From contig CM082590.2 of assembly GCA_040954595.2 (NCBI GenBank), positions 4,030,001 through 4,094,000 on the forward strand: a stretch of 64,000 bases of DNA, read 5' to 3'. Under the pieces are notes generated by a model that saw only the letters and a program-made list of their open reading frames with translations, had not been told where the DNA came from and did not search any database. Both the position numbers and the translations under genes were made by a program. The DNA comes from Balanoglossus misakiensis. Taxonomy: Eukaryota > Animalia > Hemichordata. Positions 14,312 through 28,345 of the stretch are shown piece by piece (within the stretch, counting starts at the first letter, position 1; every line of letters starts with the position of its first letter).

Positions 14312-14712
14312 GAACTTGAACTTTGCAGAAGATGCACTTCAAGTTTTTTCGCTCACAAACATAACTTTCAATTTGGGTGAGAATATACATTTTCCTTCCG
14401 TGTGCGGGCGATTTTTCCTGATCTTTTGCGCCGCGGATCACGATATTCAACATGTTTGATATTTTTTTTCCTCGCGAGGAAAATTACTCAAGTCCACCGC
14501 ACACGAGAGAAACTTGCTGAGCAAAATTCCTCGAATGACTTTTTGCTCAGCTTATTTCTCTCGTGTGCGGCAGCCTTTACCGATTGGCCGCGATCACATG
14601 ATCCGTTGATTACGCAGTTGATCCGTTTCCGATCTCCGTGTCCGATTCCGAGTTTTGAGCATCTATAGTATTTTTAAAGATTTTTGACAAATTCACTGGA
14701 CTCAAGTACACA

Positions 14713-16546
14713 ATGGATGCTATAAACCTCTTGAATTTCGGACACAATATCCTGATAACAGGCCAAGCCGGTACAGGAAAAACTACTCTCGTCAAGAATA
14801 TTCACAACCGTTATTCTGGGAAAAAAAGCATCTACGTGACAGCCTCCACTGGGATAGCAACTTTGCAGTACCCTCGGGCAATGACTGTACATGCTTGGGC
14901 AGGCTTGCGGGTAAGTTTTCATGATTGGTTTCACCAAAGCGTACTCTCGAAAGATTTCATCAAAACTGAACATGACAAAGTCCCAATGATCGCCAATGAT
15001 GTCCACGGATGCGGGGGCCTCTTTGGACAATAAAACCGATGTAAGTGTGAGACTAAAACAAAGGAAAGCGAAGGACACGATTATCTGTATGCTTAAGGGC
15101 GAAGGACAGTAATATCTCCATATTTTAGGGCGAAGGACATCATTATCTCTATACGAAATGGTGAAGAACGGCATCTTTTTACTGAAGGGCGAATTTTGGA
15201 CGAACAAATTCACGTGTATTTCCTCTAAGGCAGTGTTTGTTTAGAACAGCTGTTTCGATTCGTGTAAACGGGACACTCTAGTTAAGATCTTGACAGTGAT
15301 ATCATAAACTCTGATCACATAAATAACCTGGATGTGTACTAACACAAAGTCTCCGGATGACTCATTTATTAGCCAATAACAATCTAGCTTTTATAAACTT
15401 TCCCGCCAAGATGAGCTATATAACATGTCGCTAATTCCTTTTCATTAGTACTTGTTTTGAGACCACTTTGAAGCACTTTCTGGGGATTGACTCTGAATGC
15501 ATCCGGTCTTTCCACTTCTCTCATTTGAGTTGACACACTTTTCTGTAGCATACCAGCTTACGTAGCTATAGTAATGAAGTAGTAATAAAGTAGTTTGAAT
15601 TGATTCGAAGTCTTCGTCTCCGCCATAGACTCTGTATACAAATCCGCAGACCACACAGACAATTCCCCCATGCACAGTTTTTTTTATTTTATTCGTCAAT
15701 TCTATTCCGATGTTCAAGTGGGATAATAAAGTACTACAAAACTATTTTCCTCCGTGGGAATGAGACAATGATGTCCTTCGGCCTAAAATATAGAAATATT
15801 ACTGTCCTTCGCCATTTAGTATAGAGATAATGTTATCCTTCGGCCTTTATTACTGAGATAATGCCGTCCCCTGCTTTCCTTCCTTTTAAGTTAGGTTCGA
15901 TGTGATGTCGACATCTTGTGGTTAACTTTATCCTTTTTCATAATTATTTAAATGAAGGATGGAATATATCTTACGCAAGAATTATGCGAGTTGCTAAACC
16001 CGGATCCCGCTTTTTATGCTGCGAAGAATAGGATTTTGTCCACGAATATACCCATAATTGATGCGATATCGATGGTAAATATGAATATTGAAGCTTGCAC
16101 TAGTTGTATTACGTTTTTATTATAAAGAGTCACAAGCTGCAAATTTTAGATTTTTTATACACCTGCACATGTGTCGGTTTTATGATCATTTATGCATTAT
16201 AAATAATATGCTGTACATAATTCCGCAGATAAGCAAGAAAATATACGAGCAAGTTGATGAAATCTGCAGAAAAATCAGAGGGTCGAGAGATTACTACGGT
16301 GGCATACAAATTGTTGCATGTGGTGACTTCTATCAATTGTCGCCAGTTGCTAACCCACGATATGAAGACAGCGGTGAATTCTGTTTCATGTCGCACCTGT
16401 TCCGTCACCTGCATCATATAAACCTGCAGCAAGTACATCGACAAACAGATCCCCTTATGGTAAAAGCCGTACGAGAAACCGCCATAGGAAGTGTAAGCGA
16501 AGACACAGATAAATTGCTCAGGAGTCTCTCTCCCGTACGAGTCTAA
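14713..16546 (+). pseudogene. PIF1-family (SF1B) DNA helicase, N-terminal half; exons 14713-14910, 15958-16074, 16229-16546
   Basis: Motifs GQAGTGKT (Walker A), VTASTGIA, TVHAWAG, IIDAISM (Walker B, E to A), GDFYQLSPV, LQQVHRQ; phase-0 GT-AG introns join them in frame; motifs V and VI not found. Confidence 0.85.
15052..15890. mobile_element. Foldback-like element with ~31-bp subterminal repeats, in PIF1 intron 1
   Basis: Repeated gcgaaggaca at 15067-15140 mirrored by tgtccttcg repeats at 15772-15845; terminal aaaggaaagc / gctttccttcc; TSD not resolved. Confidence 0.6.
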
Positions 16547-17376
16547 AGATGAAGGCAAGTGAACATACGACCGTAGTTCATATCACCCCCTCCCGTAACT
16601 TAAAAAACACGCAAAAGTGCATTCCAGATAAACCCCAGAAAATTAGTAACATAGTACGAAGGATGGGGAGTAAAATGACCGACATTATTTAGGAGCATTG
16701 GATGGTCGAAATAAATATTTAGCAAAAAAACTTTGCAAAGTAAGCCTAATATTTGACTTGAAGACCCACGTGAGATTGATAAAACCAAATTGTTTACTTG
16801 AGTTTACGTTCGGTGGGCAGATTTTGCAACTAATCTGACTTGTCGCCCGTGTTTTCGTTTTGGTGTACTATATAAATGAAATATCGAAGATAAAATTTAA
16901 ACATGTAACTGTTTTCATTTCCAGGTGATAAACCAAATAAAGGTGATGTTAACTGTCAAAGCTTGATTATTCTAATACCCTTGTTTATGGATTACAGGCA
17001 AAGAAGCATTTACACCTATTCTGATGACATTTCACTGGCTCCCAGTAATGTATATGATCAAGTTCAAGATTTTAAAACTGAAAATCAAACAATATCATAT
17101 ATGCCTTACCTGCTGCGGTACATGTAATATTTAGTATATAGGGCAGACTACTCAACCTTTCCACACAAGAATGAATGGACATCATTCCAATTCTAAACAA
17201 ATATAAAAGACAGATCTGCTGGTGGTGTAGTTGAGTTTCATCTTGTGGCGATCATCAGACAAGTGTAGTTGTCTGGTGATCGCCACTCTGCATGCATACA
17301 TGGATACATACATACAGACACTGCAGACGTAAAGACATACATATGTAAATGCATACATGCATACATAGATACATAG

Positions 17377-18062
17377 ATACATACATACATACATACATAC
17401 ATACATACATACATACATACATACATACATACATACATACATACATACATACATACATACATACATACATACATACATACATACATACATACATACATAC
17501 ATACATACATACATACATACATACATACATACATACATACATACATACATACATACATACATACATACATACATACATACATACATACATACATACATAC
17601 ATACATACATACATACATACATACATACATACATACATACATACATACATACATACATACATACATACATACATACATACATACATACATACATACATAC
17701 ATACATACATACATACATACATACATACATACATACATACATACATACATACATACATACATACATACATACATACATACATACATACATACATACATAC
17801 ATACATACATACATACATACATACATACATACATACATACATACATACATACATACATACATACATACATACATACATACATACATACATACATACATAC
17901 ATACATACATACATACATACATACATACATACATACATACATACATACATACATACATACATACATACATACATACATACATACATACATACATACATAC
18001 ATACATACATACATACATACATACATACATACATACATACATACATACATACATACATACAT

Positions 18063-18113
<51 letters not shown>
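17377..18113. repeat. Compound microsatellite: (CATA)n ~690 bp then (GACA)n
   Basis: Direct reading; explains the spurious MYVC/YIHT ORFs. Confidence 0.98.
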
Positions 18114-18380
18114 TACATCATCATGGGCATGGAACATCACCATGGGCAGCTACGATGCCATCAGAGCTTGTCAGTACTTTCCTGCTTCAACAGATCACCA
18201 AAAAACATGTTAACTGCTTCAGCCTTTACATGGAGGACAGCCTCGGAATCATCCAGATTCAGCGTGACAAGTGGAATGTAAAATGAAGAACCGTGTAACT
18301 GCCAGACACCCATGAACAATCAAATCTCGGACATGGCCTGACCGAGTCAGTCATATACTAAGCCATGGTTTCAACACAGG

Positions 18381-18671
18381 ACCTTCAAAACCGGCTTCAA
18401 CAACCACAAAGATTACTTCAAAAACCATGCCAAAAAGAACAACACAGAACTTAGTAAATATATCTGGAAATTAAAGAATGAAAACATAGGACACAAAATC
18501 ACATGAAAACCCCTAAAACAAGCTAGCCCCTACACACCTATTAGCAATAGATTCAATCTATGCCTTTGGGAGAAATATTTTATCATAAGCAAAACGAAAC
18601 AGGCCACCCTTAATAAACTCGTCAGCTAGCACATCGCCACTCCAGCAAATTCCTCCTAAAGAATTTCATAA
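18381..18671 (+). mobile_element. Penelope-like retroelement 3' relic (GIY-YIG endonuclease C-terminus)
   Basis: Manual translation [50 protein letters not shown], with stops and indels. Confidence 0.75.
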
Positions 18672-20075
18672 CCTACCTGATTAATACTACCCGCCCAAAT
18701 CCACTCATTATTCACTGCCTTTCAAAATTAGGCCCATTGGCATACCTATAATCTGTACCTTTTATGAGTGTCTGGACTCGCTCATCAGCAGATTAAACTG
18801 GTTACTGAGTCCAATGACTAATGAAACAACATTGTAGACAACCTGTTTCTGTTTGTATCTCTGATTCCCTACCTACCTATCTATGTCTGTCTGTCAGTCT
18901 GCCTGCCTGCCTACCTGTCGTCTGTCTCTGACTCAGGGAGAGTGATTGACAAAGAGAGGGGAAGGGGGAGGGAGGGAGAAAGAGAGAAAGAGAGCTGTTC
19001 TTTGGATATTGCGCCAACAGGAAGATGTACAGATTGACAAACACATATTGTCCTACTATTATAGTAATAATAATAATAATTATATAATTTATTTACAGAA
19101 TGACAAGCATGGACAAAAGTACAAATAACTATAAATTGAGATCATAGTAAAATGTGAATGGTCCAGAAACTAGTGTAAATCCTGAATGAAGGTTAGCCCC
19201 TTTATAGTACAGGCTACTTCAGGTGCTCATCATTTATGTTGGCATGGGAATTATTAAAGACCCTTTTAACTTTTCTATTTTTATTCTTTGTTATCAGCTT
19301 TTCTATGGTTTTCCAAAAAAGACCCCTGTTATGCATTGCTGTATTGCAACCATGGAGGAATAAAGCATACTGTTGCAAATGCTTTGAAAAGTCATGAAAG
19401 TCCTGCTTCAATAATGGGATAAAATCATGAGACATTCTGAACATATTTGCAGACTGTTGATACTCGATTGTGCTGTTTTGGCCTTTGTTTCGCATGTAAC
19501 TGTGTTGTGCCTGCATAGCCAGTTGAAACAAAAAGGTATGAGTAGTTGCTGACAGTCTATCCACCATGTTGCAACTGTAAATTCAAGAAAAAAATACCAA
19601 TTTAAGCCAAAGAGGTACCAGTAATTTCTACAAAATGCAGCTAAGAAGTATAATGAAATGTACATGACTACATGTAAATGTTTTAATTTCAAGCCAAATT
19701 GTCCAACAATGATTTTCAGTAAGTTGAGAATTTACTCCAAACCCAATGTGAAATGTAGTACTTCTTTTGTAGTCATGTTCACCAGCATAAATAAAAAAGA
19801 GTGTTGATTAAAGTAACCAAGAACATTATAAAAGTAAAACTTAACAAAAGTTATGAATGTAAACAAACTCGGGACAATGAATGTAAATATCAAGCATTAA
19901 ACATGAATCAGATGACAAAAAGGGACAAAGTAGGCATCGCGCATGACAAAGTGGCTCTCGTGTTTACATTCATCGTCGCCATGTTGGTTTGCGTTCATAA
20001 CTTCTTTTTCTGACGCTGTTTCGTTAAGAAAATGACACTGATATGCCACAAAAACAATTGTTGATATAATATAAT

Positions 20076-20215
20076 AGCAATAACCCCCACCTCAGTCGGG
20101 TATACACTCGATTTGGGTACAATTCGCTCCATAGCACTCGCCTGACGGCTCGCGCTATATGTCTCGAATTGTACCCATATCTCGTGTATACCCGCCTGCG
20201 GCGAGGGTTATTGCT
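20076..20215 (+). mobile_element. Crypton-like non-autonomous hairpin
   Basis: Long imperfect palindrome agcaataacc...ggttattgct with central cgcctgacggctcg, ending at ttaa. Confidence 0.6.
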
Positions 20216-20222
20216 TAATTAA

Positions 20223-20813
20223 AGCCCCAGTATTTCTCGTGTGTATCCATTTTTCATCATCGAAAAATGCCCGTTTTCCTGTACATTCATCATGGAATAC
20301 TACATAATGAAGATGGAAGAAAGGTTTGGGCAACTGTAGCTACGTGCAAGCTGTAAATATTGCACGTAACACTTGAAATGATGCGCGGGTTTGTTTACAA
20401 CGAAAATGTTGTACATGTCGATCAGCAAACGTGCCACTTTGACATTTGATGGTCAGACCATTTTCGGATTTGATCTGGTTCCATCGACTGATTTCTCCCA
20501 TAAAGTTATCTTCCCAAAATTTCGCCGAATTAGTGCGCATTTCTTCGCTGAGTCGCTTGATTTGGGGCGACCAAACCTCTTCCGCATAGATTCACATTTG
20601 AGTGTGCATGCGCACTAGTCACGTGTGTCAACAGAGCCTGACTTTCTGTCCGGACAGAAAGTCATTCTTCACTCATTATATTGTAAATTGTATGAGTTAA
20701 TGAGCAGAGCTGGGGATGATGACTGTTCGATTCAGTATCAATTATCATCTACTTTTAGAAATTATAGATGCCGTTTCAAACAAAATTTTGGCCCTACGAG
20801 AAATACTGAGGCT
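20223..20813. mobile_element. Kolobok-like MITE
   Basis: TTAA|agccccagtatttctcg ... cgagaaatactgaggct|TTAA. Confidence 0.8.
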
Positions 20814-22081
20814 TTAATTAATGCACAATTTTTCACTTTTATGATGAGATCACAATACCTGGCCAATTGACCTATGCCCAATTTTTCCAGAAACATTTAA
20901 ATATAATCAAAAACATCAGCCAAATAGCAAAAGTTTGTATCTTTGCTATACCCCCCAAGATTTACCCTTAATGGCAAACTTCACTGCCTTGACCACAGGG
21001 ACACAGAAGTGCATGGCCAATAATTAAAATATGTCACTACGGTGTTTTCCTGTTGAAATATGAAAAATAAAATACCTTATTTTATGGAAAGCAAAACACC
21101 TTTGTCTTTGTGTTTGTCTTGTGACTACCCAGAATGTTTGTTTGCATTGCCTAATGTGATACGCCCTCAGGTACCAGCCTTTGTGACCTATGTAATGCAA
21201 CCACACATTCGTGACAGAGGTTACAAGAGATTTCCCTGAACCCTGTTGGCCCACATGCAAAAGTTATTATACATTATGCTTTTTTGCAATTGGAGTGATC
21301 CAACAGGTGAAAGCTACACATCAGTGAGACTTATGAGTAATCTCATTTACTGTGCATTGATTGGCCGACAAACCCTCATGGTAATTGGCTGATAACAAAT
21401 GAACAAGTAAAGTCCCTCCCACCAAAAAACCAGGTCAGTTCTAGTTGCAAATTCTTTCCCAGGTCTATCTGAGAACAAACAGGTCATTTCCTTCACAAGG
21501 GTACCAAGCAGACATTGCTTTGTTAAGCAAATGAGCATCTTTGTTTCAACGGCAGCCAACATCCTGTATGTAACTGATTCTCATACAAGTGGTTTGTGGG
21601 ATACAGGAAGTTCGGAAGAGTATGCAAAACAGTAGGAACTGACAGACTACCTAGAATCACCATCAGATGCAATGTTTTCCCTTCTCAATATGCCTAAAGT
21701 TTCTGCCGTTTGCTAGCCATCATGCATGAAAACACCCTGCAAACAAATGTATGTCTTTACTTGCAATTTTATATTCCTGAGGTTTTAACCTACATTTTCT
21801 ATGCACACAGGGTACTTCATGAAAGAGTAGATTCTAACAAAAATAAGGCGTTTAGGAATTTGTTAAATGCCTTTATTTAAATACTCCCAGGTTCTAGCAA
21901 AAGTTTTAATGTTCCAATCTGTGTTTATTACAAGTTCCCAGAAATTAATTACCTGGTGATAATTTCAGGTAATATGCTTTCAGATCATCTTAGCAAAATT
22001 AAAATTAATAAATGTATTTCCAAGCAGGAACATTTTTCATCAGGTGTTCATATTTTCAGGCATAGACAATACTTGTAAAGT

Positions 22082-22694
22082 TTATTATTACACTTCACAT
22101 ATTATGTCGTATTCGTGATTGGCTGAGATGTACTCATGTGACATAGAGAAAAAAGTGATGTAACATGGCAAGAGTTGATAAAGCCCTGTTGATATTGCCC
22201 GCTTGGTTGTTTTGGTGTTCTGCGCGTGACTTGTCGATCAATGGCTTCCTTCACTATCAGTCAACTCTTGCATATATGGCTTCAAAGCGACACATAGGCT
22301 TAACACGTGTTCAACTGGACGATATTTTACTGCAAACGGACAGTAAATACACCAAAATTGCAACCAACTGCACAGTATCCTCAAAACTATCTGAGGTCAA
22401 AGTAGGTATATATATCTACAGTTCTTGGGAGATAAAGACATTTTAGTTCACTGCAATGTACAATGTTCTTCTATGCTGTATGTTCAAATGTTCGGCGTAA
22501 TAAAATTAATACCACAAGTTGCTCAGGCATCATCACGATTTGAAGTCTGCCTTGGGGCTGGTGCTCTCTGACCATATTATTGATGATACCCTTGCCTGAG
22601 GCTCGGGCATCATCAATATTATGGTCAGAGATCACCTTCCCTCTTGAAGGCTTCAAATCGTGATGTTGCCCTCGCTATCATGTGTTATTATTTA
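22082..22694 (+). mobile_element. Crypton-like non-autonomous element with 3' hairpin (~22510-22690)
   Basis: 5' ttattacac..gattggctga; 3' imperfect palindrome with central gcctgaggctcggg. Confidence 0.5.
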
Positions 22695-23203
22695 ATTAAT
22701 AAACCTTATATTTCAAACACGTCACTTGCATTTGTCTTCTTTCATCAGTCAAACTTTCACACATGGCTGTCAGAATTTGAGGAGAACCCCACAAAAGTAA
22801 CGATTAAAGAATGATGCAAAAAAAGATTAACACAGATCTTCATCACATTTTAATCAGATTGCCTGGATCTCTAACGTATCATGATCTTTTAAAACTTTGA
22901 TGACCTGTTTTTGTCATGTTAACATTCCTTTTATAATCAAGAGGTGAGCAATTTGGCTCAAACTTTTGAAAAGTCTTTTAATAGTTGGAATAGTTGGGCC
23001 ACACTTTATGAGCACATATGGTGTCTTGATTTTTTATAAATTGACAAGTCAAAATGACAAAAGATAATGCATAAAATGACAGCTGACCAGAGACTTATGG
23101 TTGAAATTTCATCTACTCTGTATGAAGAAAAGAAGGAATTCTTCTGCATGTGGAAGTAAATGATTGTAATTTAAGTATGGGCATGTGTACATGTATGATA
23201 TGT

Positions 23204-23518
23204 TTAAGCAATAAAACACCCCCAGCCATGGTATACCACGAGATTTTGACCAGTTCACGACATATACGCACGAGCGATAACGAGTGCGTATATGGAGTTG
23301 AACTGGTCAAAATCTCGTGGTATACCATGGCTGGGGGTGTTTTATTGCTATTATATTATGCCAGTATATTGAAACTTTGCATAAAACATTTTAAAAAGGC
23401 ATTTTCTTTGACTATGATATATGACTGTGGTATATGGCTAATATATCACGGTCACGTGTCGTGTCTCGACCAATCAAATAGCGTGATTTACTCCATCAAT
23501 ATACTGGTATAATATAAT
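23204..23518 (-). mobile_element. Crypton-like non-autonomous element with near-perfect hairpin 23207-23349
   Basis: agcaataaaacacccccagccatggtatacc...ggtataccatggctgggggtgttttattgct; same terminal motif as 20076-20215 in opposite orientation. Confidence 0.65.
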
Positions 23519-24618
23519 ACTGAATATCACTTAGAATCAAATATTTTGAGGGGCAAACTGTGTTGAGCATTTAGACTTGTTTGGGTCTGAAATGAGGGGG
23601 GGGGGTGGTTATCAGCTTTGGTTGCCAATGAGAAGATTACAGGGACTCTATTGTAATTTCCAACTACTTTTTGCTCTAAGTACCAACCACACTATCTGTT
23701 CCTCTCTATAGAATCATTGAAAATGTCCAGTTTTCTCATGTCAACAAGTCATGCATAAGCGCAACAACCATTGTTATTGTGGACAAATGCATCAAATTCT
23801 GTACTTTGGTATACAGAAAAATAGCTAAAACTTACAGATATTACAGTTTTAACTTGTACCGGTATATGGAACTCATACCACTCTCACTGACATGTGAACA
23901 AGTTCTTCCAGATCAGAGCTATTTTGCCACAGAGCCATCAGTGTCTACACTTCTGCAATGTGTTTGTTTTCTGAGACATTTTATTATTATAAATTAATTT
24001 TAACTGCATTAATACTTCATATTTTTTTTATAATAAAAACTACCTGAAGGAAGCATTGACATGAATCTGTGTCCCTTTCCATGGAGTAAAGTTGGACTTG
24101 AGGGGTCCTACATTTTCAGATGGGGTGTGCAATTTTGATACTTCAGCTTCCTCTTTGTTTTTAAATTGATACAAATGATATACTTTAAGTTTGCTACATT
24201 AGAAAGTTGTCTTCACACATGTACTGGGGTATATATAGTGAAACTACACCAAGCTAGAAGTCATTTGCTCAAAAATTTTGGCAGAAGAAGGTTGTCTTTG
24301 TGTCTGAAGAGCTATTGGTCTTGGGTCTCCATATTGCCTCCAGAAGACTATTTGGCTAACCAAATAAGCCTTCAAATGTTGATGATGATAACTTTAGAGT
24401 CATGTATAATATGCACACCACAACCAAGTGTTTTATGTTTCTTATAGTTTTGATCACTAAACGATTGTTTTTATGAAGCACCATATATTACTGATATTTC
24501 CAGCTTTGCATTTCAACTATACCTTATAAGTTTGTTTTGGTGAAAGATGGATCAGCTTTTGATAAAGCCAAATAATACATGTGAGTTCCATTTCTACTGT
24601 ATAATAGCTATTATTTAA

Positions 24619-24966
24619 AGGGACAAAGTCTCTCTCTCGCTGCCTTTTTTTCTATTAATTATATTTGATACAAAACACTGTTTATATTATTATGCCTGTG
24701 TATATATAGTGAATCAACATTCAAATTCACACAACATCCATCCCACTTGTAGACACCAGAGTGAAAAACTTGCCAAAATGAATAATTGGTGTTTACCATT
24801 TATTCATTTTGGGCGAGTTTTTACTCTCATACCCTACAAACAGGATGGAAGTTGTGTGTGGTCAAACATTGATTCACTATATATCCACATGTAGAATAAC
24901 ATAAACGGTGTCTTGTATCAAACATAATTAATGGAAAAAGGGCAGCGAGAGAGAGACTTTGTCCCT
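24619..24966. mobile_element. Kolobok-like MITE with long TIRs
   Basis: TTAA|agggacaaagtctctctctcgctgcc ... ggcagcgagagagagactttgtccct|TTAA. Confidence 0.85.
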
Positions 24967-26380
24967 TTAATTTATGAAATGTAGACCTAGTACACTTCCA
25001 AATTGTCACTTTGTACTCATTGCTCAACATAAATATTTTCTAAGATTTTGCTAAGGCTGATTATAGATAAGTGAACTTTTTATAATGCACACAAAAAGAA
25101 AGTGCCTCAACCCGGTCTTTGTGCTAGGATAGTAGGAATGAAACTGAATTAGTAAATGGCTTGATGTTTTAAAGAGCAACGTCATACTGTTTGTAGTTTA
25201 AAGGGGAAGTCCGGTCCAGCTGATTTCTTCATAATTTGGTTGCTTTGAGGTCACACTATCAGAAAAAAAAACATATTCACCATGTATAAGTCACGCGATA
25301 TTTTACAAAATCGAGGAAAAGTCGGCAGAATTCCCAATATGGCGTGTACTGTTATTTTATGTGCATCGGTTTCATTAGAAGCTCAAAAATGAGCTGACCA
25401 ATCACAACAATTGTTACGTATTAATGGAACACATGGAATCAGATCTGGCACTGACCAGCTGCAGTTTGTGGATAGCTTAGTTTAGTACCACAGAAACAAA
25501 CTAGTTTCACTCAAACCTTCTGTGGCACTTGCTGATCACATTAAAATTTGTGAATTCTTATTGACAGAAAATGATGGCTCAAAGAATTTACCAAAACCGT
25601 GTCAACTCTTGCTTGCACAAAGCAAATATTTAATGTAACCTAAACCACGGTAATTATACCATTTCAAATTTTCATACTGACTTATGCCAAGTTGGATTGG
25701 CATAGCAAACATGTGTATCAAATTTAATATTGGAATTAAAATACATTCAGGATTTATTTCAAAGTTATATGCCAATTTAGCCACAGCTGCCATGAAGATT
25801 ACAGATCTGGCATATCACAGATTTTCACTTGTTAGCCATCACACATTCATTCAAAAGCATAAATGTGTTCTTTTAGCCATACATGGGCATATGTAAATCA
25901 TTTAAGTTAACAAAACAGTTATCCTCTAACTTTTATCAAAAAGTCTTAATTTTGTTAAGCTAATTGTTTCTTGATAGCTTCCTGTAAACTTGAGAGATAC
26001 CTAAAAAATCATTTTTGTGTGTATAGCTCTCTTGATTGACTTCACATAATTTTGACTTTTGTCAATACATAGATCACTAGTTATCTAAGCTGGTCTATTA
26101 TTACCAATTTATCTTTGATTAATTTTACTGTACAGTCAATATTCATTTTAAGCAAACATTATTAAATGTGCAAATATAAGCTATCATCAGTACACAACAC
26201 CCATACTGTCAGTTGTAATCATAATGAGTTTCTATTCTTTTCAAAACTTATTCATTAAAGGGTAACTGCCTTGATCTTGACAACATGAAATGTAAGGTGT
26301 AGCAAAGTTAAATTGTCTGCGTAGAAATTATTGGAAAATTGCATGGGGGGGGGGGCACTGATTAAATATCATTAGATTAA

Positions 26381-26795
26381 AGGCACTTGAGCTGCAACTT
26401 TTGGGATTATTATGTATTATAAACCCTAAGTATGAGTGCATATGTAAGTTTTAACCAGATAAATAATAAAGCTTTGCCACAAAGGAATATGGCCGGCCTC
26501 TTGGGAAAATGCAAAAAATGTTGCATTCCCAATCATAAAACTTCATTGACAAAGCATAATCTCGTCCACTAGAACTCATGGAAGTAAATGCACTCCGCTG
26601 AGACATTACATTTTTATTTTGCATTGCATTTTTTAAAATTGCAGGAATTTTTGGTGTACTGATATTTCTTGATTTTTTTGCCATTTTGTTATAAATAAGT
26701 TTTGATTTTGATACAATATCATTAAATAAACATAATTAAAAGCATTACTGAGATTATTTAAAGATTTTTTTTATCCAGTTGCACCTCATGGCATT
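26381..26795. mobile_element. Degenerate Kolobok-like MITE
   Basis: TTAA|aggcacttgagctgcaact ... agttgcacctcatggcatt|TTAA. Confidence 0.6.
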
Positions 26796-28345
26796 TTAAG
26801 GGAACAAAGTCTCTATCAATTTCCCAGGCAACATGTCTTATTTTAATAATAAGATGATCGATTGTTGGTTTGCAAAGTATATTCACTTAAAAGTAACATT
26901 TTGTCAAAGATTAGTTTTGTTTTTATTCAAAAGAATGAATATTGTAAGGTAAATAGATAGGAACACAATGACTTACCTGCACCATTCTTTCACACAGTGC
27001 GTCGCAATAAGAATAGGCTAGTCCCCTGCAAAGAAAGAGTGATAGTTACCTTGTGAATTGTACTTGACCCAGTTGCTACTTACATTATTTTTGTGTACTT
27101 AATTATGATTCCTTCTTGTTTCAGTGTGAGAAATGCGTGGGAAAAAGCGAAAATTGGATGACAAACATCAAGTCAACATTAAAGGTAAAGGAAATTCATT
27201 GTATAATGGCATGGCATTACTATCAAACCATATATTCCCTAATGATAATTCATGAATATGTTGTAGCAAAACATTTTAAAAAATAAACTTTTGCAACCAT
27301 TCTTGTCTCAGCGGCTTACACTAATAATGCTTCAACTGAACAATTCATCAGAATCTAAATTGATTATCGCTAGTTCTTTTCACTATAAGAAAACAAATTG
27401 ACCCATTTCAGCTCCCAAAAGAGGGAAGATAAAGCCACAACTTTACTCAGCCTGCAAGTGTCAAAAACCAAATGACAAAAAGAAACCCATGAGTGGTTGT
27501 GATGGATGTGATAACTGGTTCCATCCAAGATGTGTAGGAACAACCATGAAAGATGTAAAGAAGATCAAAACATATTTTGTCCTGATTGCACAAAAATGCA
27601 AGAAAAACGCTCAGAGAAAACCACAAAAATGAGTTGTGAACATCCCAAAACCAATACTTCTGATGAAAAAATTACAAACGATATCCCTCAAACAAAAACG
27701 GCAGAAAACAAGACAGAAAACAGAGAAAATAGCTGTGAAGCAGTACATCCTAATCCCATGAAATCAGAGCCCTTTGGAAGAAGTGGATTTTCTATGATCA
27801 TCGATTGCCAATTTACCTATGCAAGATGTGATGGAAATATAAAGGGACTGTTGCAAGGACAGGATAGTACCACATTCACAGATATAGACACTGATAAAAA
27901 TAATGGCATAAACTCAGAAGACAAAGAAAAACTTGATGGTCAACATAAATTGGATTGCTATAATCCACCAACTGCAAGTTCTAAACACTCTCATGCAACT
28001 GCCAGAGTAAAACCTGAAGAATTCAGTATCGCACGTGTTTTTCCTGATGAAAATGCTCATACTTCAACCAATGATTGCAATGGTGCCCAAGGAAGTAATG
28101 TACAAGGAGCCCCTTATAGCCAAACCAGAAAAACCAATGACAGTCCCATCAACCAATGCAATAAGCATAATGAAGAGCCCAACAATCAAATTAACACTGC
28201 TGATGATTATCCTGGTGTCAAGGCCAGTATTATAAAGGATCATCGCACTTATCACACCCATTCAGTTCAAGATAGGACTCAAGACTGTGAAACCCAAGGT
28301 GAAGATGAGCCCCGTGGTCATGACTGTCTGACTATTGGGTACCTA

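Noticed and set aside
14713-16546. Helitron RepHel or functional host PIF1
   Set aside because: No HUH Rep motifs seen upstream; Walker B is mutated and C-terminal motifs are absent
17182-18281. ~300-aa ORFs (MYVC/YIHT)
   Set aside because: Translations of a tetranucleotide microsatellite
18755-18795. Hammerhead ribozyme (minus-strand CTGATGAG near the Penelope relic; CTGATGA also near 46755)
   Set aside because: No intact GAAA core or closing stems; at most a degenerate relic
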